Assembly (NCBI GenBank): GCA_051362555.1
Contig: CM120640.1
Span: 28,048,503 to 28,112,502, forward strand
Origin: Lingula anatina
Lineage: Eukaryota; Animalia; Brachiopoda
Length of the DNA: 64,000 nt
Direction: 5' to 3'
Position numbers and translations under genes: made by a program. Position 1 is the first letter of the stretch. Each line of letters starts with the position of its first letter. Below the pieces are notes generated by a model. That model searched no databases and was not told the DNA's origin. It saw only the letters and a list, made by a program, of their open reading frames with translations. This document shows, piece after piece, positions 43,201 to 54,679 of the stretch.

Positions 43201-43623
43201 ATTCTGGTGTCAATACAGACACTCTGTACTGCCCTGCTGGTGGGAGCGGTGATGGGCTTCTGACGGATAAAACCACTGCCTGCTTGGTACACACTCATTG
43301 GCAGTGGATCCTTGCCACTGGAACTCACTTTGTATGGTTGAAATGCAAGCTCTGTGACAGAGTGATAGTTTTTGGCTATCAAGCGCCTGTAATAATAATA
43401 ATAATAATAATAAACTGTATTTAAAGAGGGTAAAACATGTTAAGTATGCACATGTATCTTACACATGGTGCGCACACTAATCTTACATAATTGGGATAAA
43501 AAGAAACATGTCAGAGAAATAATTCTGTAACAAAAAAATCTGTAGGGGAAAATGTTGCAAAAACCAATTTAGTTTAATGGATTATAAATTGTGCAATAAG
43601 TATTGATGTCTCCATAGCAAAAA

Positions 43624-43680
<57 letters not shown>

Positions 43681-43961
43681 AATAAAATAAAATAAATAAA
43701 TAAATAAAAAAGGATCACATACGCCATAGCTGGGTTATCTACATCATCTAATCTTCTGCTATAATACACTCCAGGACGGAAATTAGACAGATATCCAGTT
43801 CCTGTGTGTCTAGATGGACGGGGGCGGAATTTCTCCCAGTTTTTGCCATAATTAGAGGCATGCTCTGTGCAGTAGAATTTCATGATGTTGGAATCTGCTC
43901 CCTTACTGGCCTGAATATGGGCGGAGCAGCTTCCATAAGGAAGGGAAGCCATGGTTGGCAT
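40299..43961 (-). CDS. PPP1R32: Stabilizer of axonemal microtubules 4 / PPP1R32 (IIIG9)-like, 10 coding exons, ~462 aa
   Basis: Exons 43961-43723, 43386-43107, 42963-42903, 42633-42521, 42264-42193, 41841-41737, 41486-41383, 41157-40987, 40762-40598 and 40377-40299 total 1389 nt in frame. The N-terminus LPYG..SAH...SKGADSNIMKFYCT....YG....F.PR...HTGTGYLSNFRP....LD..DNPAM resembles recalled PPP1R32/SAXO4. The protein has repeated (S/T)GF(T) motifs and LHPYVGRS near the C-terminus. Confidence 0.85.
43622..43708. repeat. (AAAT)n microsatellite in a SAXO4 intron
   Basis: Visible tetranucleotide array. Confidence 0.9.
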
Positions 43962-44499
43962 CTGAAATCTAAATGCAACCAATATGAGTACTTGACTTTA
44001 AAATGCACAAGACTCAAAATTGCGACTGAATGATTTGAACGAAAAACAAGTATCGAAAAACTACATGACTTATCACAAGTCGTACTACACACACTGTAAC
44101 TACATATGTACACTAGTGTAAGGTACAACATGAACGTAGTTCCTTTTTTTTTTTTCGCAAACCTGCTCGTAGAATGGCCATTAGAATTCTCATATAAATA
44201 TGTGATCTTGTTATAACCAATTATGTTTTGAGTGTCACAATATTCAGCAACAAACTACCACTGATGACACGTACGCACGATCATAAGTCGAATTATCTTA
44301 AACCAAAAAATATCATATCAAAAATATTAACGCTTTTAAAAGCTTTTACAATCATTTATGAAACTCTTTCAAACTATATAGGCTCTTTTGTGCATTAAAG
44401 ATATTGTACCTACCGTTAGACAAAATTACAATAACAGGCTATCTGTCTAAATTGACTGCAACTGCTAATCATACAGTTAGTCTATGCTGGGGTTTGTTA

Positions 44500-44625
44500 T
44501 GGTGTGGCCGAGAGCGTGCTGCGTTGCCAGTGTCAACCCATGACGTCATCAATACACACGGAATCAGCCGAGATAATACGAATGAATCGGTTGTTTGAGC
44601 GGAAGCCAATAGATGGCAGCACGTA
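44500..44625. promoter_or_regulatory. Putative SAXO4/PPP1R32 promoter: RFX X-box, CRE, ETS/CCAAT and CTCF-like sites
   Basis: GTTGCCAGTGTCAAC 44523-44537 (X-box-like), TGACGTCA 44541-44548 (perfect CRE), CGGAAG ~44600, CCAATAGATGGCAGC 44606-44620. The ATG directly follows an acceptor AG, so a non-coding first exon must lie upstream (candidate donor ~44412). Confidence 0.6.
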
Positions 44626-45397
44626 CTTTTAAAGCAATTTTTTTTTATCGGCACACCTGGTAAATAAAAATGTTGTTAATAATAATGTGCAGTGCATTTA
44701 ACGTTATCGGGGCTTTAATGAATTGAACTAGATTTAAACCTCATTTGCGATATACATATATGTGTCTCTGTAGAAATTTTTATTTAGGAGCTGGTCATTA
44801 AGTAGGGCCTACATATACAAGGGGTGTGTTGGTAGCAGGCCGGGTACAATTTTGTGCCTGCAAAAAGTCGTGAGCCAAAAGAAATTAAGCAATTCATTTT
44901 GGGCGGGCCGCAAATTATAAATCTTTATTTTAAGCAGCAACCATGTGCAATTTTTTAGACCAACTACCGGTAATTGATGCGCTTGAAATAATACAGCCTG
45001 ATAGAGGCTTGACAACAAAATTTGCTTCTTTTTTTTTTACAAGCTTTTTTGAGAACAAACAACAACAGTTTCTTGTAGCTTTTTAAAGAACAGTTATAAA
45101 GGCATATCATTTAGATTAAGAAAGCCTGCCACAGAAAATAAAGTTCTCAATGTAAATAAATAAATTAGTCATTTAACATCTCATCTCACACATCTTCTGT
45201 GTCAGTCTGTATCATCGTAGTCTTTTTTCAACTCGGTCTTCAAGTTAACACATGCGTGCAATACTTTCTTTGTAAAAAAGCTTTTCGAATGCAACAAGTA
45301 AAACCACTTGATGTCTTGTTTACTTAATTTTTTGAAATTGTCTCCTTATTCAACAGTTCAGGGTCAGTTATAACTGTCAGAAGTGGGCCAAGGAAGA

Positions 45398-45512
45398 GAT
45401 GATTAGTTTTTGGTGGTGATCCAGATCAATAATCAATCAATAATCAATAATAATAATAATAAAAATCGCTGTCTTGCCGGAGGTCTGCGCTCTCGGAGTG
45501 CTTTTCTAGTTA
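45398..45512 (+). mobile_element. Fragment of a non-autonomous Helentron/HINE-type element (3' end)
   Basis: GATTAGTTTTTGGTGGTGATCCAGATCA...GCCGGAGGTCTGCGCTCTCGGAGTGCTTTTCTAGTT: a short hairpin followed by a CTAG end in a T-rich context, resembling recalled HINE ends. Confidence 0.55.
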
Positions 45513-45550
45513 TTATTATTATTATTATTATTTGTTGTTGTTGTTGTTGT

Positions 45551-45900
45551 TAACACTCCACTGGCCAGGCTGGCCAGATCTTGTTTCCTTCTTATTTCTT
45601 CAATTGTTTGCAAGGCCTCCAGAATTTCTCCATTCAGTGACTTCACATCACCCAATCATTTCTCATTGTATTTGTGTGCACATTCCTGACCACATTTTAG
45701 TTTGCAAAATTTTGTGAAAGTTTTCACAATGTCTTCTTCCATCCATTTCTTTAATTCATCAACTTTGTCACTTAAGTTCTGGAAAAGCACTTTTAAATAA
45801 TTTATATTGTTTAGGTAAGCTGGCTTCAACTCATCAGTCTTTCCCTCAAAAGTATAAAGTTTCGTTGGCCATTCTTTAGTTTGATTACGTTGATCATATT
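45551..45900 (-). pseudogene. Possible decayed coding fragment (charged, helical/coiled-coil-like) of unknown family
   Basis: The minus frame reads QTKEWPTKLYTFEGKTDELKPAYLNNINYLKVLFQNLSDKVDELKKWMEEDIVKTFTKFCKLKCGQECAHKYNEK*LGDVKSLNGEILEALQTIEEIRRKQDLASLASGVL, about 110 codons with a single stop. Confidence 0.35.
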
Positions 45901-47006
45901 GTCACCTCCCATCTGCGCGAAAGTCTCTCTGCTCCATTTTTACATTTTTACATCGTTTCCACCAACACCTATAGTATTAAATCCATGCGGTACTTCCTCA
46001 TTCAATAATAGTGTGTTTTTTCCTATTTCGGAGAAGGAACATAGCCAAATATTATTTTGCAACCAGAAATTGAAGGTACATTTATAATACTAAAAATGTT
46101 AAGCAGTGAAATGGATAAAACAATACCCGTAACAATATGCAGAACTCTGGGAACTAAACTACAACGGATGTAAAACATATTGGAACAACTTCAAATATCA
46201 TTGCATATTCTCAGGAAAAGTCGAAAGGGAGTACAAGGGCAACCAGTAGCTATTGGAGGTGAGCCATTTATTTCTTTTATTTCCAAAAAAGGGTGGGACA
46301 TGGATTACTGTGGCAAATAAGTGGGGGTGGACCACATAAAAAGTAACTTGCCGTTCTATGATCCCCCTCGCACTTTATAACCAGTCCTTTAACATAATGG
46401 TGGCACACCAAAAAGCCAAAGAAGAACTAAGAATCTTCCAAATTTAATAATTATACTTTATAAATCAAGAAAAATAAGAAATGGAGAGGGCCTACAGTGA
46501 AAAATGAAGTAAATGGCTCTAGCACTTTGATCTCAATGATTACAGATCAATATAAATAAAGTTAAAACAGGTGCACGATACATATGTGGTTAAACTGCAT
46601 GAGCGGCTGTTTTTTTTTTTTTTTTTTTTTTTTTGGTCATCCAAAGAACAGGTTATCAATATCACTTCACATTAAGAATTATAGTCACCAAAAGATTGAA
46701 ATTATACAAAGAAGTTACCGAGGATATTTTTTGTTAGGAGGATATTTTTTGTTAAGATTTATTACAGTCGGATTTTTAGAACAAAAAATGTTCAGGAAAA
46801 TGGTATAAACGAGATGCGAGAACGTTCTGTTTTAAACTTGGCACTAAACAGCAAGATTGAGTGTTTTTCTTAAAATTTTTGGGATAAAAATCTGTCGTTT
46901 AAAAATTCAAGTCATCAAACCCATTCTTGTTTTTTTCCAAGTAAAGATTTTCATGGATCTATGCGGCGGTTTTCTGTAGCTCCCCATACCCTAAGCATTA
47001 GTTCTA

Positions 47007-48666
47007 CAGACTTGACATTTAATATGGAATATTTTTTCTAAATCATTATTCATTAGTTTTTTTCCTATTTTGCAGACTGATAAATAAAGATAAGGATTAA
47101 AATCGTGTTTAAATAACTTTTGATAAAATGTTCCATGTCATTGCGACATCAGTTCTTTAATTGACTTCGCCAGTGAAGCAAACAAAAATGCATTGCCAAT
47201 TTTAAGTCATGCGACAACCATTGAAAGCGATATTTTGGATCTCCATATCTTCCAAACTATCGTCTTTAAAAGAGTTCAACGACACACAAAGGACCCTCAT
47301 GTCAGTTTCTAGTCACAGTAACAGTCGCTGCTATGCCTGACCTTATCTTCCTGCTACCAGAGCTTTCAAGAGGCAAGGCATTTCTTGCGATAGTTTTTTA
47401 GAATTTAATCTGGAATAAAATTCCAGTCAACGGTTAAAACTTGTCCAATTTGGTTCAGTTTTGTTGTAGGACATGCAGGCCGTTGATTCGGCGACTATTG
47501 ACCGAACCACATATTGTCAAAGTGGTTCAAATATGGCGATTTTGATGACCAAGGTAGCTGCTTATTCATTTGGTTCTATACGTTATCTGCTATAAAAAGC
47601 TCTCTGTGTGAACCAGCAATCTGATCCTGCAACCTAAAACTGTTCCTAAGGTGCCCCCTATCGAATGATAGTCAAGTGGTTCCCAGATTATTCCTTTATT
47701 TGATCTGGTTCAGGTTTTCATCGATGACTTCCATTGGTGTTTTGGCACCAATGTGGTATCAACTCCAAATATTGACGCTGTCAATGGCCCTAGTCACTTC
47801 AGAAGCGGCACACACCTTGTCGTAGGCCTCTTCAGGATGTCTGTAAACTCTTTTTTGACCAATTTAGCGGTACAGGTGAAATCTGACCTCAATAAAGAAA
47901 ACAACGCGATTTCAGTGTTCTACCCAGATACGGTCATGGTCCCCAATTCATTAGAGAAACAGACTACGCTGTTTTGCTGTTTACAGTGGCTTCCTCAGAG
48001 GTCGCCTAATATCCTAACCTGCTGAAACCATTTTGGTCTTCGCTTAGCGCCTTGAAAAACGCGGTTTGGTGACAATTTGCCCCTCATTTAAAACGGACTA
48101 GGTGGTTTTGGTTTAATTGTAGCAGCATTTCCTGAAGGACATTGAGTCCTGTATCCTGGTGGTAAGATATCGATACATTGGACGTGTTGTCTGTGTGGGT
48201 ACATAACCCTGGGCATTACTCTATGAAACTGTGCGGACAGTTCCGTTTGGGGCAATAATCTGTCTGGCAATGTCTGTCTTTTTCGCGCCATTCTGGCACA
48301 GCTTAACGATTTTGATAAACAATGCTTAACTCATTTTACGCACTGCAAAACAGACCGCTTGCATGCAAAATTTTAAATTCTTCTATGCAATGGTTGCCGA
48401 CATTTGGATACATTTTGACAGAACCATGCCTCGCCATAGCCAAGCTTTGGCCAGCCCAAAGGAGCACTACCCAATTAAATCACTGCATATTACACAATGC
48501 AGCAATGCATCAGACTTGGTAATCAGTTAATTGGTAGAGACACACCTGTTTTCACACTTCTCCTGTCAGATATCTTAAATGAAATCTGATTTTTTTCAAT
48601 AAAGAACGCATTTTTACCTAGGTATACCTTTAAAACTGAAATATTCCATATTAAATGTCAAGTCTG
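47007..48666 (-). mobile_element. Tc1-family DNA transposon, full length (1660 bp), transposase decayed
   Basis: A perfect 28-bp TIR CAGACTTGACATTTAATATGGAATATTT is flanked by TA on both sides. Minus-strand remnants read NRVVFFIEVRFHL...RVYRHPEE (compare WxxVxFSDESxF), a DN motif, and LPWSSKSPYLNHFDNMW (compare WPSxSPDLNPIENxW). Confidence 0.88.
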
Positions 48667-51600
48667 TATTTAAAAACTAAACATGGAAATGATTTACATC
48701 GACCAAATTGTCACAAACATTCCAGATGCACATGATTATGTATCCATCTTCGACCTCTACACATACTCTCGAAGAAAATGTAAAGAGTACATTCACTCCG
48801 ACTTGAGCGCCAAATCAACCTACCAAATTTTAATTGCTTTCATTATAAGATGTTTGTGGTCTCCCTGTACCTTTTATTCATACGCTCTACTACCTTGGTG
48901 TAAGTTCAGCTGTTTTGATTTCATTGATTGATATTTGTATAAATAAAATGAAAGGTGTATTTCTGTTCTTCTTCTCCGGTTACTGCCGCGGTCGGCTAAG
49001 GACACGTACGGTAGTTACATGTACATGAATAGGAGAAATATAAATAAACACACTTTACTCCCTAGGTAACACTAACTTTTAAACAACTTTTGAACTTAAA
49101 ATTGAATAGACATATTTTAATGCTTATTAGGGTTAAAACACTAATACCATGGTAATATCATAACTTTAGTTTACCAACGAGTAGGCCTATTCATGAGGCT
49201 CTATGTGAATATCAAAACTAGATCGAGTCAAAACACCTTATCGCTCGGCCGTGTAGTAATAATATAGACTACTTACATTTTCATTTTCACGCCCGTGTGT
49301 GTATGTGTGTGTAAAGGGTTATGATTACAAATAACATATCTAAAGCTACAAAATATCAGTAATCGAAGTCAGGTAAACGTGTCGCTGTGTAATATAGCAT
49401 AAAAAGGGTTTCCGGAGAAATGAACCTTAGATATGATAGTTCGGTTAGTCGAAATGGTACCTTGATTTCTGGGGCTGTCTTGGGAAATCCAAATCCCTGC
49501 CACAGAAATAAACGTAAGCACGCAGTTTGTTTGATACTGACTACGATTTACTTGAAGAAAGTGTTATTTTTATTGTGTCTAAACAAGTAATCATGCAAGA
49601 GTAATATTGAGGCACGATAGTTAACAAAACGAAGTTGGAGAACGCGTTTTTACCTTTCTATACTTCCTATATCACTTTTGACTTCATTTTAAACTAAGGC
49701 TGAGTGTGTTTCTAGATACACTACGTTGCGGGGTAAATAAGCGACTTCTTTTATTTCGTGTCCCCTTATTCTCATCTTTCCATATACTGTACATGTTGAT
49801 GTTCCGTAGTCAAGGAGTTATATAGAGCGATTGTTCTCAATTATTGTTTGCGCAAGGTGTGCAGTAAAAATAACAGCTTCAGTTGCTAAGCATACGCGAT
49901 ATTGAAACTGCGAATATTACAATGACAATAGTTATAAGGTCTGGCCCCATAAGTTTACACAGGAAAGCTCACCTTTCTAAACAAGTCCGCTTGCGGAATG
50001 AGAACAAATACGCATTGTTCCGTGAGATTTTGATAGCTATTTAATCCCAATGAATTAAACAATGCACGAGCACGCCAGAATTTGTTCTAGCTTTGAAAAG
50101 AATTGGTCACCTGAATTCAGGATATCTTTTCATTTTTTTTTATTACAGCTCTCCCGCATGGAAAAGAGACAAAGTATACAGCACGGGTAGAATTGGGTTG
50201 GTTGAAAATTTTAGGTATAGATAACTGGTATGAATAAATGCAATTCCAAATCATCGTGTCAACAGCTGTACGTATTTTGCGATCTATCAGCACAGCCGAA
50301 ACTTCATAATACAATTTGTTGACGCCATGCACATTTGAGGACAGTCGTCCTGTACGTCCGTGATATAGAGCCATCTTCACTAGGCTTTATTAGATCACAA
50401 CTCAAGATCTAGTTTCTGGGGTCGCAAAATCGCAAAACCTTCGTTTCAAAAATCTTTGAAGAATAATCGAAAGCCACTAGTGATGGTATCTAAATTACGA
50501 TGGCTCTATGAAGGTATCCTGCGCCGGTTCTTTTTTTTAAATTACAGCTGTTGTTTCTTTAGATTATAGTGAGTGGGCAGAAAAGCTTAAGCCACCCAGA
50601 ATTTTATTCCAGAGTAAAAGAATAATGTTCGGGAATCAGTGAAATTATCCTCACCAGTGCCTTCGTTTAGTTTGCGAAAGACTGGCTGCCATATGCATTA
50701 AAAATATAGGGATGTGTATTTCACAGTTAACGATCGACGCAATATTAAATGAACATGTGTTCATACAGTTTATTAAAGAGGAAAAACATCTCTTTGAAAT
50801 GTTACGTCGAGGATTGTGTTGCCTCAAGTATTAATTCCATGTTTATTTCGTGCGTTTTCTATGAGATCGATACTAATGTCAAAAATAGAAAAGAGGGATA
50901 CTAAGTGTGCTCGACAGTGACACGAATCAAACACGATTAATTTAATCTTTTTTTCTCAATATACGGGACACTGCACATATTCTTCCGTCAAGTCTTTACT
51001 GCGTACCTTTACCGATACCTTTTTTATAGTTATTCAACTCGTCAAGCTTTGTGATAACTATCCAAGATTAGATGATTTGGTAAAATTATACTATTCACAC
51101 AAGCCTTGAATAAAATATTTAAATATGAACGTAATATACTGGGTATTTAGAGAAGCGTATCGTAAATGCAATCAAAAATCGATTTATTGAGTATTTCACG
51201 CTCACAAATGCAATTTAAAATTACCTTAGTCTTCAATTTGTTATTTTATCTTAAAGAGGCCAGATGAGAAGGGATTGGGAGGGGGGGTCCAGCAACGATG
51301 GTTAGTTGCATGACGAATCAAGTCAGACCAAGGTGTTTTGGAAACCTAACTTCATGTTGATTTTAATGTCAGTCATCATATTTCATCGTCGCATACGTAA
51401 CAACAGGTACGAGGCCAAGAACTCCGACACACGGTGCAAATTAACAAAAAAAACATCAATTGTTGTAAGTCTCTTTGTGATGGACTTCACCCAAGTAACC
51501 AATAAACAAAGGTAAGCAAACCGGTGTTTTTTTCATCTGCGTGTTACAGACCCTGATGGCGAGTCGATGTATACACTGAAGGGGTGGTGGCCCGCTCAGA

Positions 51601-52676
51601 GGTAGTTTCCCTTTTCTTATTTACTCTTGTCTGTTAATCATATAGTTGCAGATGGGTGTTTATAACACTGGAATATTATATGCATCATTTTGTTGGCCGG
51701 CTAGTATCATTATCTCTGGTTGACAGTAACACGGATTGCCCCTCTTGTCCATTGACAACAACATGGGCTGCCCGACATAAAATGTAGAACCTAACAGACA
51801 AAATGGATATTGTTAAAAACAGATCTAAACTCTTCAAATACTGTAATGTATAAAAAAAATTCAAGGACCAATTGAAAATGTATTCGAGATTGGTATAGTC
51901 CCATGGTTCCAATCCCCGTTCTTAAACACTTGCTATACCTATGTTAAGGTGAACTGCTCCACCATTATTTTCCCCAACAGTCTGATTGGTGATTTTATGA
52001 AAGGAAAAAATGAGAGGTAAGATCTCATTTCACTGTAATTTACAGGTGAGTGAACATCCGTGGATCTATGGTAACTGTCGTCAAAGCAAACTCTGGCGTT
52101 CATAAAAAGTGCGACACCCAAGAGAAATAACTCATTTATCAAGAACACAGAATAATATCAACCGCGAGACGAAACTGTTGGGAAACATTTTACCTGAAGC
52201 TGTTACAAGGTATACATATCCAAGAACTGATTGCAAAAAGGTAAGGGTGATAATGCGACTATCCAATCACGTTAGTCATCATGTAGCGATAAATTGTTTA
52301 AAAATGGGGTTTCTGCCTTTGAAAACAAAAGTCTCATAAAAGATTAAATAATATTTAATATTTTCTTCAGATCGGATTATATATTATTATCACATTTCCA
52401 TTTGCCTTTATGAATATCTTCTCACGTTTTATATACCTCATTTACCTCACTGCAACTAAGGGAACAGCGAAAAATAACACTTTATCATTACTTACGTACT
52501 TGACTCGCGACGAGCAAATTACTTCCAACGAGCCGTACAATCAAGTCTTTAAACGAATAAAAAAAAAACATTTATTCTTTACTTCTAAACGGTTATTAAC
52601 GACATACAAATTATTAATATAATTATCATGCGTATATTTTCATTATCCGATTCTCTTTTTTTTTCAGATTCACAAG

Positions 52677-53812
52677 ATGAAGCTTCTGGTTATAACTTTG
52701 GCGTGCTTTGCCATTTTGTTGGGGAGAGTGAACTCGCAGTCCTCTGACTCCTCCTCTGCCTCTACATCTTCTGCCAGTGACGCTGCATCTTCCAGTGCCG
52801 GTGCATCTTCCAGTGCCGGTGCATCTTCCAGTGCCGGTGCATCATCTGCCGGTGGCGCCTCTAGTTCATCTGGAGGTGGTGGTGGAGCATCATCTAGTGC
52901 TGTCGCAGCTAGTAGTACCTCTGCAGCCGCTGGCGGTGGAAACTCCGCCACAGCTGGGGGTGGCGCCACTTCAAGTGCTGCTGCTGCTGCTGGTGGTTCG
53001 TCAGCTATGGCAAACACCGCTACCTCAACTGCCGCAAGCAGCAGTTCTACCGCAGCGGTAAGCTTTACCTTATAAATAGTTCCTTTCTTTAAATTTTATT
53101 TAAGACAGAAAATACTCTCAGTAAAGGATGCAGTTTAAGGACGCAAAATACAGCCAGCAGTGCATACTTCAGGTTCCACGATAAATATTGTGCAGTCGGA
53201 TTCGCTTATATCAAGCAATTTATTTTCAGACTTCACTCTCATGCCATTACTGCAACTCCTCAACTGACTGCTCATCACCCACGATGAGTGTAACATGCTC
53301 TGGTCAGTGCTGGGTATGTATAAAAAACTTTGCTCTCTTCAATAAATTATGTAATTTGCAATTTGATATCCATTGCAAATAATAATAATAATAATTGCAA
53401 ATAAATAAATAAATAAATAAATAATGGAAAACACTGATGTTGGAACTAAAGTGTATGGTTACTGGGAAAAACACCGTGACATATATGTTTTTCGTTCACC
53501 TTTTAGGGCGTAAGATACACCAACAGTTCCGACAGCTATTACTTCTTGGGGTGTTTGGCAGATGTCCAGAGTTTCGCATGGTTTCCTGCAACAGCCCCGG
53601 CATGTGCATCAACGAACGGAGATACTTCTTTCGCGATCTCATCGGGTGGTGACGCGTGTGCTTACGTGCCTCATTGCTGTGACTCCGGCAGTTGTAATAT
53701 ACAAACTTCACTGACTGGAACCCCAAGCTGTACGGCGGGATCAAGCATGTTGGTAGCTTCTGTTGCAGCCATGCTCGTCTCACTCCTGCCTGCTCTTTGG
53801 ATCCACAGCTAG
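52677..53812 (+). CDS. Secreted, probably GPI-anchored Ly6/uPAR (three-finger, Quiver/Sleepless-like) protein with an N-terminal Ser/Ala/Gly-rich region, ~256 aa
   Basis: Exons 52677-53057, 53230-53313 and 53507-53812 are in frame. Order of parts: signal peptide MKLLVITLACFAILLGRVNS; ~105 aa of S/A/G low complexity; LSCHYCNSSTDC...TCSGQCW...LGC...ACA...CAYVPHCCDSGSCN; hydrophobic C-terminus (SSMLVASVAAMLVSLLPALWIHS). A likely 5' UTR exon ends at 51511 and AATAAA lies at ~54512. Confidence 0.8.
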
Positions 53813-54679
53813 CCTGCCACAAGACAACTCCACTGCCAAGCATTCTGGTAATAGATGCCACATATCATACGCCATTCAATGAAACAATCGTATCATCCGG
53901 ATTCAATATGACTTCATGAAATTACCAGAAGACAAATGACTTGGCAGTGAATTCTGCGCAAAGGGTTTTTTTTCTAAACTTTAGAGAGGAATCAAAACTA
54001 TTGGTGCCATTTACAAGAATGAAAGTACAGTGACAAATCAATAATTTGTTAGTGTACTCAAATTCTACTTTGGTTCCGATTTCTTAAATTAAAAAAAAAA
54101 AGCATCACTGTGATTACTAAGAAATTTGCCAAACTTCATCCAATAATTGAAGCAAATGCCGCCATGATGTCTGGTGCTGGAGGTTGATAATATACGCAGC
54201 CAATTGATCTGGTTATGCCAACGGAATAATAATTAGATATATTTCTGTGCTCAGACTGGTTATGATGCTGATGTAATCAGTGATGGCCGTTAATGATACC
54301 TCCGAGATGAAAAGACAGAGAAATGGCATTTGCTCTATTGATGAACAAGGACACATTTTTGTGTGATGATATTCTTTGTTAGTATTAATACTCTCATTCT
54401 TACAAAATCATTTTTAAAACTTTGCTCACTATTAAAAAAATATTTATTAAAAGATGGAATGTCCTTTTATACAATGTTTATACATTTTTGTTGATCATTT
54501 GATACAAAGATGAATAAAAAGCCTCACTGAATACAATATTTGTTTTTTTTCCTGAAAATCAATAATAAAACAAAAGACTTTCACAAAATAAAAGTTTCAA
54601 ACACCTTAAATTAATGGAAATTAATCTGTCGCTGGTTATTTCCAGACTAATAGGAGAAATCACTCTAAGATAGCCATAT

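Noticed and set aside
52670-53061. Antisense and alternative-frame ORFs (LEDAPA and HLPVPV repeats)
   Set aside because: They are shadows of the GC-rich low-complexity exon. Only the plus-strand frame has a signal peptide and consistent splicing.
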